Below the pieces are notes generated by a model that saw nothing but the letters and a program-made list of their open reading frames with translations, was not told the origin of the DNA and did no database searches. A stretch of 63,210 nt of DNA, counting the filler, from Octopus bimaculoides (taxonomy: Eukaryota), in assembly GCF_001194135.2 (NCBI RefSeq). It is 6 parts of 5 records of this genome, joined end to end, with 100 filler letters (N's around TTAATTAATTAA, not from the genome) between each part and the next. Parts side by side here need not be neighbours in the genome. Positions count along the whole stretch, not along the records: positions 20,501 to 29,409 come from NC_068981.1; positions 29,510 to 46,077 come from NW_026390724.1; 4 more parts are not named here. One strand, 5' to 3'. Shown one piece after another: positions 24,803-38,500 of this stretch. A program made the translations under genes and the position numbers. Position 1 is the stretch's first letter, and every line of letters starts with the position of its first letter.

Positions 24803-24944
24803 GTAAGTCAGTATATTCTTGAGAGAAGAATCAAATCAGCAGATCAGTGTTCAGCCTTGTGCGCTCTGTTCTTGTTGAATATTTTGTCTTAATGTAAGCA
24901 TATTTACGCATATACATATAGATATTTGAAATACGAATACTATT

Positions 24945-25080
24945 CATTTTTACCCGCTGAGTGGAATGTGGGAATGTGAAATAAAGTGTCTTGCTTAAGG
25001 ATACAGTGCAGTGCCGGGGATCGAAGACATGACCTTACGATTCTGGTCCGAATACCCTAGCCACTAACTCACACGCCTTC
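24945..25080 (-). mobile_element. tRNA-derived SINE head fragment
   Basis: Minus-strand TGGCTAGGGTATTCGG...CTTCGATCCCC...CCTTAAGCAAGACACTT. Confidence 0.55.
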
Positions 25081-25081
25081 A

Positions 25082-25117
<36 letters not shown>

Positions 25118-25349
25118 NNNNNNNNNNNNNNNNNNNNNNNNNNNNNNNNNNNNNNNNNNNNNNNNNNNNNNNNNNNNNNNNNNNNNNNNATATATATTTG
25201 TATGTATGTATGTATATGTATATATGTTTGTATGTAGGTATGTATGTATAAACATCTGGTAAGTTTTTGTTTTTTTTTGTTTTTTCTCACTGCTTTAAAT
25301 GGATTCTAGTAGTAGTTTTCTATGTAGCCGTATTTTTTCTTGTATTTTT

Positions 25350-25640
25350 TTTCTTTGAAATTTACCATCTCATGACTGGTGCTCAGGCATTATTGATCTA
25401 TCCGGGTCTCCCAATAATAATACGATTAATTTTAAAGCTACAATCCAAGAAGAGTAACTGCATGTTTCTCTCTGGCCTTGCCATGGATGTTTCTTTATCT
25501 CTCATTGTCAACCTTACATTAATATCTGCTCGGCAACTGATTTCCGTTCGTGTTCACAATATCTTTTCCCTATACGAAGTAATTATCTCTGTCTAGAGGA
25601 TACATTTCACTGATGTCTTGACTGAAGGATTCTACCACTA
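25350..25640 (-). mobile_element. Decayed R4-like RT (late RT/thumb) fragment
   Basis: VESFSQDIS...GKDIVNTNGNQLP resembles the R4-clade V..FS.DI.M.FGL.KC...GK.V.T.G..LP segment. Many stops. Confidence 0.4.
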
Positions 25641-27374
25641 TTATTTAATATTTATGAGCGATTATGCTCAATACATCAGACTGGAATTTTTGTATATTTT
25701 TGTAGTCAGAATTATCCTTTGTACAAATGTCTGTGGCCGTGCGTGGCGTGCGCGCGTGCACACGCTTTTATATACTCAAAAGTAGATTCTTCAATGTGCT
25801 CCACTCCAAAAAAAAAACATGTGAAAAATCTTATAATAATATATATATAATAGAAAATTTCGAACGTAGTAAATCTATAAAGACAGCAGAGAACGGTTTG
25901 GGTATTTTGCCCTTATAAGATGGAAAAAAGAATTTGTCAGCAGGCGGCTACGGAACTCTGAGTTAATCGAACCGTCCCCCGACAACGATTATTGTCAGTT
26001 TTAATACTAAATTATAGTATTTTGGAATGCGACAGCATTTTACAAACAAACGTATATAGCCTAGTGGCAGTAATCGGCGCAAAACCGTGGGTAACATTCT
26101 AACTAGTTATGCCACAATCTTTAATATATGACTTGACGATATAAAGACATACTCGCTCTATTGCTTCTATTAAGTGTGCTTTTATTTGTGGACAGCTACC
26201 TGATAATGTATATAATACATTCAAGATCGCTGCTGTTCTCAACACAGGCGCTCAATATTTTAAAGAATAGTACTTCAACATGTGCACACTTATAAATTTG
26301 GATATGAAACCTATAAAATTAGAGATCAAGAAAATATGTAATGAAGTATTGGAAGTAAGGTTAAAAACTAGTTTGAAGCATACTAGACATTAATTAAGAC
26401 ATCTGTTAAAATATCGCTCGACATTAGACCTGAAGCATGTTCCGTAAGAAATGTTGAAAAGGTGTGAAGACATACTATTGCTAAACACACAGATACGCGT
26501 GCGCACGCACACACGCACGCATGGATAAACACACACGAATACATACATACTTATTCCTGCCATAAGGCCTTATTTCCATTTACGCCAGCTTAATTTAATT
26601 CGTCCTTAGTCGAAAGACATCTGTTGTTATGTCTTGTTTTATTATTTTTATTGTATTTGTGTAACATTGTTGATTTTTTTCCGTCCTTGTTTTTGTATAA
26701 ATTCGCTGCTTTCTTCCAAGGAATCTAATGCTCCTAGTTTAGTTTTTCCTTGGGGCTGGCCAGATTGGAGCAATATCGAGAATAACCAGTCGAAATTGCA
26801 AGGATAATCTGGATCTCGACTGAAGAGAGAAAACTTCGAATGACCTGTCCGTGTTTCCTTTGTATCGTCTATCTGTATGTTTTGTCCCTTTCTTGTATCG
26901 CTTAACTGTCTGATGTTTTGCGTCCTTATCCCATTCTGTATTATTTATACATATATACATATGCATACATACATACATACATANNNNNNNNNNNNNNNNN
27001 NNNNNNNNNNNNNNNNNNNNNNNNNNNNNNNNNNNNNNNNNNNNNNNNNNNNNNNNNNNNNNNNNNNNNNNNNNNNNNNNNNNNNNNNNNNNNNNNNNNN
27101 NNNNNNNNNNNNNNNNNNNNNNNNNNNNNNNNNNNNNNNNNNNNNNNNNNNNNNNNNNNNNNNNNNNNNNNNNNNNNNNNNNNNNNNNNNNNNNNNNNNN
27201 NNNNNNNNNNNNNNNNNNNNNNNNNNNNNNNNNNNNNNNNNNNNNNNNNNNNNNNNNNNNNNNNNNNNNNNNNNNNNNNNNNNNNNNNNNNNNNNNNNNN
27301 NNNNNNNNNNNNNNNNNNNNNNNNNNNNNNNNNNNNNNNNNNNNNNNNNNNNNNNNNNNNNNNNNNNNTATATG

Positions 27375-27432
<58 letters not shown>

Positions 27433-27807
27433 TACATACATATATAAATAGAGACAATATATATTTTTGTATTCTGTAACAAGTTATGCTTTCTTGCAGG
27501 GTGTTTTCTTCCGTATGCAAGTTGTGGTTTACCATTATTCTTACAGGGTGTAGCTTTAGCAATAACATAACACAGTACTCAGCTATGAAATGATAGCTGA
27601 TATAACTGTGTTAATTATTTATGCTAAGGAATATCAACCTTTTAATATTTCAAAGATGATGCTGAATTCCTCCCACTAAAAGACACATGAACGACAGTCA
27701 ATGTTTAATCTAAGTATCCAAATAAGTCACTCACTATCTGTCTGCCGATATATATTATAATTTTTAATGCATTACATATTTTTGCATTAAGACTGAGATA
27801 TCATATA

Positions 27808-28012
27808 CGAGGGGCTGCTGAAAGGTTCCTAGTTTTAAGAACATCGCCAAAAGTCTGATTGGTGGTCCAAACTTCTGAAATTTTTCACAGGGCTTAGATA
27901 AACTGAAGGGCCGCTGTGAATCTGAGAGTGGAATCTATTGAATGAAATCATATTTAACTGATTTTCCTATATTTTCTGTTACCCAAAGCCAGGAACTTTT
28001 CAGCACCCCTCG
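27808..28012 (+). mobile_element. Mariner deletion derivative (MITE-sized)
   Basis: TIRs CGAGGGG(C)TGCTGAAA(G/A)GTTCCT with TA on both sides. Interior FFTGLDKLKGRC is a transposase C-terminal remnant. Confidence 0.85.
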
Positions 28013-28515
28013 TAAACTCGTATCTTTATCATATCTCTCATTGTTATTTAAACCCACCTAACAAACACTTACACACAGTTTTCTTACTTTCAACAAATGT
28101 TCGCACTTCTTTTAAATATGTATAACAAAAGCAGCCAAATCTCTTGGAAATTACACTTTACTGTCTCAAAAATGTATTCCTAGAAATAAAAAGAGGGCTT
28201 GCTCTCGTTCACGACAACTTTTTATCAGGTTTAATCAAGGTTGACCTGGGATTAAACAGCAACTCACACCATCCAAGGGAGAAACATTACCGCTAGAGAT
28301 CTTTGAGGCCTTCAACCTTCAGTGAAGCAATATAACTGCTGTCTCTAAGAGCAAGGTACTAAAGTTCTCTAATTTCCTCGCGTGTATAAATTGAGGAAGC
28401 CACTAAGTTTAGGTTTGTTGAAGTTACGTAAGGTGAATATTTTCGTACGAATGTTATTTTCAGTGGTCAATTCTTTTGAAAATGGTAACTGGTACTGTCC
28501 AGAAAATACCAGTAA

Positions 28516-28559
<44 letters not shown>

Positions 28560-29409
28560 TCTTGATTAAAATAATATTTAAATTTACATACAAATAATGA
28601 TATTTTGTTCCAAATTTCATTTAAGTTACTCATTTGTTTTTGTTTTTTTCTTTTTACTTTTATTCATAGAATGTTTACAACAAATCATTTCAAAAATTTT
28701 CTTCCTGCATACATTTGATTTTGAATGGAAATAATTCCCAACAAATTTCCGATCTATTATACCTGTGTTTTCCAATCATAATTAATGAGATCATGACATC
28801 AATAACAAAGAACTGTAAATAGATCTTTCTCTAGAGTGTATTTGTGGATTAGAACAGAATGATTTCCAACACATTTCACATTGATAAGTTGTTCGTAAGT
28901 ATTTATAGTTTTAAAAGGATTTATTCCAACAACGTAAGCGATCAGAATCTGAAGAGAGATATTTTCAGTCATTTTAGAATTGTTGTTTTCAAATATATTT
29001 TTCAAATTTATTTTAATTGCAGCACCTACGTGTGTATACATAAAACGAATAATCTTTTATCACTATATACGTATGTGTGTATATATATATATTTATTAAT
29101 ATTTCTAAGTCTCTCTAAAGGAGACTACGGCAGCGGTACTGGAAATTAATAGTTATCGCCAACCCAACATGGCAGTCCCAAAATTAGGACGAAAGCTGCC
29201 GTGAATTAGCTCCAAGAAGCCATCGCCTCTAGCTAGCTATGTGACACACGAAACCTGTGTCCTTTATAACCTTCGAACAGGGGAGGTCAGCAGTGTCCCC
29301 CTGCTGGTTTGGCATCTGCAGACTAGTTTCAGGGTGTTGCCCCTTGTCAATGCAGAGCAGCCAAGCCCTAGCCAGGCGGCGCTGCTGACTATCTGCTCGA
29401 AGGTTATTT

Positions 29410-29509
29410 NNNNNNNNNNNNNNNNNNNNNNNNNNNNNNNNNNNNNNNNNNNNTTAATTAATTAANNNNNNNNNNNNNNNNNNNNNNNNNNNNNNNNNNN
29501 NNNNNNNNN
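29410..29509. other. Artificial scaffold-join spacer
   Basis: 44 N + TTAATTAATTAA + 44 N. Confidence 0.95.
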
Positions 29510-32500
29510 GTTTGTTCGTTCTTTCGTTCGTTTGTACGTACGGGCATAAGGTACGTTCCATCGATCGTTCGTACGTAAGTACGTACGTTCGTTTGTTCCT
29601 TATTTCGTACGTTCGTTCCTATGTACTTACGTTCGTTCGTACGTACGTAAGTACGTGCGTGCGTTCGTTCGATCGTTCATTCGTTCGTACTTACGTACGT
29701 TCGTTCTTACGTACGCAGGTACGTTCGTTCGTTCGTAAGTACGTACGTACATTCATTCGTTCGTTTGTACGTACTTACGTTCGTTCGTTCATTCATTAGC
29801 TCGTTCGTTCGTTCTTTTGTACTCTCGTTCGTTTGTTCGTACGTATGGACATAAAGTACGTTCTTTCGTTCGATCGTTCTTTTGTTCGCTCGTTCGTTCA
29901 ATCGCTCGTTTGTTCGATCGCTCGTTCGTCCGTACGTACGTAGGTACGTATCTTCGTTCGTTTGTACTTACGTACGTACCTACGTACGTTCTTTCGTTCG
30001 TTCGGTCGTACATACGTCCGTTCATTCGTTAGTTCGTTCTTTCATTCGTTCGTTCGCTCCATCGTTCGTACGTACGTACGAAAGATCGTTGGTTCCAATG
30101 TTCCTACGTACGTTCGTTCGGTCGTTCTTTAGTTCGTTCGTACGTACATACTTACGTTCGTTCGTACATACGTAAGTACGTACGTTTATTCATTCGTTCG
30201 TTCGTTTGTTCGTACGTACGTTCGTTCGTTCGTTCGTTCATCTTGTTCGTTCGCTCCTTCGTACGTTCGTTTGATCGTTCGTACTTAATGACTCATGTAC
30301 GTACGTTCGTTCGTTCTTTCATCCACCCTTACGTACGTTCGTTCGTACGTATGGACGTTCGTTCGTACGTACGCACGGACTATCGCTCGTTCGTTCGTGT
30401 GATCATTCTTACGTACGAACGTTCGTTCGATCGTTCTTACCTGCGAACGCTCGTTCATTCGTTATTTCGTCCGTACGCACCTTCGTTCGTTCGTGCGTCC
30501 AGACGTACGTACGTACAAACGTTCATTCGTTTGTACGTTCATTCGTTCGTAAGTTCGTTCGTTCATTCGTTCGTTCGATCATTCGGACGTACGTACGTTC
30601 GTTCGATATTTCGTGTCTACTTACATACGTACGTTCGTCCTTTCGTTCGTTCGATCATTCGTACGTACGTTCGTTCGTACGTACGTAAATATGTACGTAC
30701 GTTCTTTCGTTCGTTCGTACGTACGTACGCAGATACGTATCTTCATTCGTTTATACTTACGTACGTTCATTCGTTAGTTCGTTCGTTCGTTCGTACGTTC
30801 TTTCGTACGCTCGTTTGTTCGTTTGTTCGTTCGTTCCTTCCTTCGTACGTAGTACGTTTGTTCTTTCGTTCCTTCGTTCGTATGTACTTACGTTCGTCCG
30901 TCCGTTCGTTCGTTCTTTTGTTCGTTCGTACGTACGTACGTATGTGTGTTCGTTTGTTCGATCGTCCATACGTTCGTTCATTCGTTCGTCCTTTCGTTCT
31001 TACGTATGTACGTTAGTTGTTTCGTTGGTTCGTTCGTTCATTCGTTCGTACGTACGTTCGTTCGTTTGTACGTACGTTTGTTCGTTCGGTCGGTCGTTCG
31101 TATGGACATAAAGTACGTTCGTTCGTTCTTTTGTTCGTTCGTACGTACGTACGTTCGTTCGTTCGTTCCATCGCTCGTTCGTCCGTACGTACCTAGGTAC
31201 GTATCTTCGTTCGTTTGTACTCACGTACGTACGTTCTTTCGTTCGGTCGTACATACGTAAGTACGTCCGTTCATTCGTTAGTTCGTTCTTTCATTCGTTC
31301 GTTCGCTCCATCGTTCGTACGTACGTACGAAAGATCCTTCGTTTCAATGTTCCTACGTACGTTCGTCCTTTCGTTCGGTCGTTCGTTTGTTCGTTCTTTC
31401 GTTCGTTCGTACGTACATACTTACGTTCGTACGCATGTTCTTTCTTCCGTTCGTTCGTTCGTTCGTACATACGTACGTAAGTACGTACGTTTATTCATTC
31501 GTTCCTTCCTTCCTTCGTACGTACGTACGTTCGTTTGTTCGTACGTTCGTTCGTTCATCTTGTTCGTTCGCTCCTTCGTACGTACGTAAGTTCGTATGTT
31601 CGTACATTCGTTTGTTCGTTCGTACTTAATGACTCATGTACGTACGTTCGTTCGTTCTTTCATCCACCCTTACGTACGTTCGATCGTGCGTTCGTTCGTA
31701 CGTATGGACGTTCGTTCGTTCGTACGTACGTACGGACTATCGCTCATTCGTTCGTGTGTTCATTCTTACGTACGAACGTTCGTACTTTCGTTCGTTCGTT
31801 CGTTCTTTCGTTATTTCTTCCGTACGCACCTACGTTCGTTCGTGCGTCCAGACATACGTACGTACAAACGTTCGTTCGTTTGTTCGTTCATTCGTTCGAT
31901 CATTCGGACGTACCTACGTTCGTTCGATATTTCGTGTCTACTTACGTACGTTCGTCCTTTCGTTCGTTGGTTGGTTGGTTGGTTCATTCGTTCGTTCGTT
32001 CGTTCGATCATTCGTACGTACGTTCGTTCGTTTTTTCGTACGTACGTTCTTTCGTTCGTTCGTTCGTACGCAGGTACGTATCTTTGTTCGTTTAGACTTA
32101 CATACTTGCGTACGTTCATTCGTTAGTTCGTTCGTTCGTACGTACGTTCTTTCGTTCTTTTGTACGCTCCTTCGTTCGTTCGTTGTTTCGTTCGTTCGTT
32201 CGTTCGTTCGTTCGTTCGTATGTACTTACGTTCGTCCGTCCGTTCGTTCGTTCTTTTGTTCGTTCGTACGTACGTACGTACGTACGTGTGTTCGTTTGTT
32301 CGATCGTCCATACGTTCGTAAGTTCGTACTTACGTACGTTCGTTCATTCGTTCGTTCATTCGTTCTTACGTACGTATGTACGTTCGTTGTTTCGTTGGTT
32401 GGTTCGTTGTTTCGTTCGTTCGTTCGTACGTACGTTCGTTCGTACGTACATTCGTTCGTTCGTTTGTACGTACGTACGTTCGTTCGGTCGGTCGTTCGTA

Positions 32501-35500
32501 CGTATGGACATAAGGTACGTTCTTTTGTTCGATCGTTCGTTCGTTCGTTCGTTCGTTTGTACGTACGGGCATAAGGTACGTTCCTTAGTTCGTACGTACG
32601 TACTTACGTAAGTATGTACGTGTGTACGTACGTTCGTTTGTTCCTTCTTTCGTTCGTTCCTTCGTTCGTACGTACGTACGTTCGTTCTTTCGTTCCTTCG
32701 TTCGTATGTACTTACGTTCGTTCGTCCTTTCATTCGTTCTTTTGTTCGTTCGTACGTACGTAAGTACGTGTGTTCGTTTGTTCGATCGTTCGTAAGTTCG
32801 TACTTACGTACGTTCGTACTTACGTACGTTCGTTCATCCGTTCGTTCTTAGGTACGTACGTACGTACACAGGTACGTTCGTTCATTGTTTCGTTGGTTCG
32901 TTCGTTCAATCGTTCGTTCGGTCGTACGTACGTACGTACGTTCATACATTCGGTCGTTTGTACGTACTTACGTTCGTTCGTTCATTCGTTAGCTCGTTCG
33001 TCTGTACGCTCGTTCGTTCGTTCTTTTGTACTCTCGTTCGTTCGTTCGTTCGTTTGTTCTTTCGTTCTTTCATTCGTTCGTTCGCTCCATCGTTCGTACG
33101 TACGTACGAAAGATCGTTCGTTCCAATGTTCCTACGTACGTTCGTACTTTCGTTCGTTCGTTCGGTCGATCGTTCTTTAGTTCGTTCGTTCGTTCGTACG
33201 TACATACGCACGTTCGTTCTTCCGTTCGTTCGTTCGTTCGTTCGTTCGTTCGTTCGTACATACGTACGTAAGTACGTACGTTTATTCATTCGTTCGTTCC
33301 TTCGCACTTTCGCACGTACGTACGTTCGTACGTACGTACGTTTGTTCGTACGTTCGTTCGTTCATCTTGTTCGTTCGCTCCTTCGTACGTACGTAAGTTC
33401 GTTCATTCGTATGTTCGTACGTTCGTTTGTTCGTTCGTACTTAATGACTCATGTACGTACGTTCGTTCGTTCGATCATTCAGACTACGTACGTTCGTTCG
33501 ATATTTCGTGTCTACTTACATACGTACGTTCGTCCTTTCGTTCGTTGGTTCCTTGGTTGGTTGGTTCGTTCATTCGTTCATTCGTTCGTTCATTCGAACG
33601 TACGTACGTTCGTTCGTTCGTTCGTACGTATGTACGTTCGTTCGTACGTATGTACGTTCGTTCTTTCGTTCGTTCGATCGCTCGTTCGTTCGATTGCCCG
33701 TTCGTTCGATCGCTTGTTCGTTCGTACGTACGCAGGTACGTATCTTCGTTCGTTTATACTTACGTACTTACGTACGTTCATTCGTTAGTTCGTTCTTTCG
33801 TTCGTTCGTTCGTTCGTTCGTACGTATGGTCATAAGGTACGTTCTTTCGTTCGATCGTTCGTTCGTTGTTTCGTTCGTTCGTTCGTGCGTACGTACGTTC
33901 GTTCGTACGTACGGACTTTCATTCGTTCGTTTCACTCGTTCGTTCGTTCTTACGTACGAGCCTTCGTTCGTTCGTCTTTCATTCGTTAATTTGTTCGTAC
34001 GTACGTACGTTCTTTCCTGTGTCTAGATGTACGTACGTACAAAAGTTCATTTGTTTGTTCGTTCATTCGTTCGTTCGTAAGTTCGTTCGGACGTACGTAC
34101 GTTCGTTCTTTCGTTCGTTCGTTCGTTCGGTCGTACATACGTAAGTACGTCCGTTCATTCGTTAGTTCGTTCTTTCATACGTTCGTTCGCTCCATCGTTC
34201 GTACGTACGTACGAAAGATCGTTCGTTCCAATGTTCCTACGTACGTTCGTCCATTCGTTCGTTCGTTCTTTTGTTCGTTCTTTAGTTCGTTCGTTCGTAC
34301 GTACATACTTACGTTCGTACGCACGTTCGTTCTTCTGTTCGTTCGTTCGTACATACGTACGTAAGTACGTACGTTTATTCATTCGTTCATTCGTTCGTTC
34401 CTTCGCTCGTTCGTACGTACGTACGTTCGTTCGTTCTTTCATCCACCCTTACGTACGTTCGTTCGTTCGTACGTATTGACGTTCGTTCTTTCGTTCGTAC
34501 GTACGTACGGACTATAGCTCGTTTGTTCGTGTGATCATTCTTACGTACGAACGTTCGTACTTTCGTTCGTTCGATCGTTCTTACCTGCGAACGCTCGTTC
34601 GTTCGTTCGTTCAATCATTCGGACGTACGTACGTTCGTTCGATATTTCGTGTCTACTTACATACGTACGTTCGTCCTTTCGTTCGTTGGTTGGTTGGTTC
34701 GTTCATTCGTTCGTTCGTACGTACGTACGTTCGTTCGTATGTACGTACGTTCATTCGTTAGTTCGTTCTTTCGTTCGTTCGTTCGTTCGTTCGTTTGTAC
34801 GTACGTTCTTTCGTTCTTTTATTCTTATGTACGCTCGTTCGTTCGTTGCTTCGTTCGTTCGTTCGTTCGTTCGTTCATTCCTTCCTTCATACGTAGTACG
34901 TTTGTTCTTTCGTTCCTTCATTCGTATGTACTTACGTTCGTCCGTCCGTTCGTTCGTTCTCTTGTTCGTTCATTTGTTCGTTCGTACGTACGTACGTACG
35001 TACGTGTGTTCGTTTGTTCGATCGTCCATACGTTCGTAAGTTCGGACTTACGTACGTTCGTTCATTCGTTCGTCCTTTCGTTCTTACGTACATACGTACG
35101 TAAGTACATTCGTTCGTTCGTTCGTACATACGTACGTACGTTCGTTCGTACGTATGGACATAAGGTACGTTCTTTCGTTCGATCGTTCGTTCGTTCGTTC
35201 GTTCGTGCATACGTATGGACGTACGTTCGTACGTACGTACGGACTTTCGTTCGTTCGTTCGGTCGTTCGTTTCACTCGTTCGTTCGTTCTTACTTACGAA
35301 CGTTTGTTCTTTCGTTCGTTCGTTCGTTCGTTCTTTCATTCGTTAATTTGTTCGTACGTACGTACGTTCTTTCCGGCGTCTAGACGTACGTACGTACAAA
35401 TGTTCCTTCATTCGTTCGTTCGTTCGTAACTTCGTTCGTTCGTTCGTTTGTTCGATCATTCGTTCGTTCTGACGTACGTACGTTCGTTCGGACGTACGTA

Positions 35501-38500
35501 CGTTCGTTCGATATTTCGTGTCTACGTACGTACGTAAGTTCGTTCGTACTTTCGTTCATTCGTACGTACGTACGTTCGTCCTTTCTACGTACGTACGTAC
35601 GTTCATTCCTTCGTTCGTTCATTCGTACGTACGCACGTACGTCCGTTCGTTTGTACGTACGTTCTTTTGTTCTTTTGTACGCTAGATCGTTCGTTCGTTG
35701 TTTCGTTCGTTTGTTTGTTCGTACGTACGTAAATGAGTTCGTTCGTTCGATCGTTCATTCGTTCGTGCGTTGGTTCTTACGTACGTACGTTCGTTCTTTC
35801 GTTCGTTCGTTCGTTCGCTCATACGTATGGACATAAGGTACGTTCATTCCTTCGATTGTTCGTTCGTTCCTTCGTTCGTACGTACCTACGTATGGACGTA
35901 CGTTCGTTCGTTCGTTCCTACGTATATTCGGACTTTCGTTCGTTCGAACTTTCATTCGTTATTTCGTTCGTACGTACGTTCGTTCCTGCATCCAGACGTA
36001 CGTACGTACATAAGTTCGTTCGTTAGTACGTACGTACGCCAGTTCGTTCGGGCGATCGTACATACGTACGTAAATTCGTTCGTTCGTATGTTCGTTCTAT
36101 CGTTCGTTCCTTCCTTCGTTCGTACGTACGGACATAAGGTACGCGTTTTCGTTCGATCGTTCGTACGTGCGTGCGAACGTTCGTTCATTCGTTCGTTAGT
36201 TCGTTCTTTCATACGTACATAAGTATGTACGTAAGTACTTTCGTTCGTTCGTTCCATCGTTCGTACGTACGTACGAAAGATCGTTCGTTCGAATGATCGT
36301 ACGAATGTTCGTCCTTTCGCTCGGTTTGTTCGTTCTTTAGTTCGTTCGTTCGTACATACATACTTACGTATGTACGTTCGTAATTTCGTTCGTTTGTTCG
36401 TTCGTAAGTACGTAATTACGTACGTTCATTTGTTCGTTCGTGCGTCCGTACGTACGTAGTTCGTTCGTTCGTTCGTTCGTTCATTCCTCCCTTCGTTCGT
36501 ACGTACGGACATAAGGTACGTTCTTTCGTTCGAACGTGCGTGCGAACGTTCTTTCATTCGTTCGTACATACATTCGTTCGTTAGTTCGGTCTTCCATACG
36601 TACATAAGTATGTACGTAAGTACTTTCGTTCGTTCGTTCCATCGTTCGTACGTACGTACGAAAGACCGTTCGTTCTTTAGTTCGTCCTTTCGCTCAGTTT
36701 GTTCGTTCTTTAGTTCGTTCGTTCGTACATTCATCCGTACGTTCGTAATTTCGTTCGTTTGTTCGTTCGTAAGTACGTAATTACGTACGTTCATTTGTTC
36801 GTTCGTTCGTTCGTACGTTCGTTTGTTCGTAACTACGTACGATCGTTCATTCTTTTCTTCGGTCATTTTTACGTACGTACGTACATACGTTCGTTTGTTT
36901 GTTCTTTCGTTCGTTCGTTCGCTCATTGCGTTCTTTCGCTCCTTTGTACGTACGTAAGTTCGTTCGTTCGTATTTACGTATGTACGTTCGTTCTTTCATT
37001 CGTACGTACGTACGTATGGACGTGCGTTCGTTCGTTCGGACTTACGTAAGCACGTTCATTCGTTCGTTCGTTCTTTCGTTCGTTTCGTACGTTCGTTCCT
37101 GCGTCCGGACGTACGTGCGTACGTACAAACGTTCGTTTGGTCGTTCCATTCATTCATTCGAAAGTTCGTTCGTTCGTTCTTCGTTCATTCGTTCGGTCGT
37201 TCGGACGTACGTACTTTCGTTCGATATTTCGTGTCTACTTACATACGTACGTACGTACGTTCGTTCGTTCGTTCGTTCGTTCGATCGTTCGTTCGTACGT
37301 ACGTACGTACGCATGATCGTCCTGTCGTTCGTTCGTTCGTTCGGTCGTTCGTTCGAACGATCGGTCGTTCGTTCGTTCGGTCGTTCGTTCGTTCGTTCGT
37401 ATGTACGTACGTTCGTTCGTATGTACGTACGTATGAACGTACGTTCATTCGTTAGTTCGTTCTTTCGTTCGTCCGTTCGTTCGTTTGTACATACGTTCTT
37501 TCGTTCTGTTATTCTTGTGTACGCTCGTTCGTTCGTTGTTTCGTTCGTTCGTTCGTTCGTTCGTTCTTCGTTCATTCGTTCGGTCGTTCGGACGTACGTA
37601 CTTTCGTTCGATATTTCGTGTCTACTTACGTACGTACGTACGTACGTACGTACGTTCGTTCGTTCGTTCGTTCGATCGTTCGTTCGTACGTACGTACGTA
37701 TGATCGTCCTGTCGTTCGGTCGTTCGTTCGTCCGATCGGTCGTTCGTTCGTTCGTTCGGTCGTTCGTTCGTTCGTTCGGTCCTTCGTTCGTTCATTCGGT
37801 CCTTCGTTCGTTCGTTTGTTCCATTGTTCGTTCGTACGTATGGACTTATGTACGTACGTTCGTTCGTTCTTTCGTCCGTCCGTACGTACCTTCGCTCCTT
37901 CGTTCGTTCGTTCTTAAGTACGTTTGTTCATTTGTTCGTTTAGCTCGTTCGTTCGTTTGTTCTATCGTTCGTTATTTCTTTCTTTCTTTCGTTCGTTCGT
38001 ACGTACGTTCGTTCGTTTTTCGTTCGTTCGTTCCTACGTACGTACGCACATTCGTCCTTTCTTCCGTTCGCTCGGTCGTTCGTTCTTTCTTTCGTTTTTA
38101 CCTACGTACGTTCATTCATTCGATCGTTCCTTCGTTCCTTCGTTGGTTGGTTCGTTCGTCGGTTCGTTCATTCGTTCGTTCGTTCCTACGTATAGACAAA
38201 AGGTTCGTTCGTTCGTTCGAACGTTCGTTCATTCCTTACTTACGTAAAAACGTACGTACATTCGTTCGTTCGTTTGTACGTACGTACTTTCGGTGGTTCG
38301 TTCGTTCGTCCGTTCGCTCTTTCGTCAGTCCGTACGTACGTTCGTTCCTTCGTTCGTTCGTTCTTAAGTACGTTTGTTCGTTTGTTCGTTTAGCTCGTTC
38401 GTTCCTATGTACGTACGCACATTCGTCCTTTCTTCCGTTCGCTCGGTCGTTCGTTCTTTCTTTCGTTTTTACCTACGTAGTTCATTCATTCGATCGTTCG

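Noticed and set aside
26560-26940. Hammerhead-like CTGAAGA-GAG-AAAA-CTTC-GAAT in a probable repeat
   Set aside because: GAAA core is absent (GAAT), and stems I and III cannot be formed.
27499-27570. Possible next SLC6 exon after a TTGCAG acceptor (GCFLPYASCGLPLFLQG)
   Set aside because: It does not resemble TM9, which should follow, and it ends in a stop without a donor. The GLPLF likeness to TM2 is out of order and probably chance.
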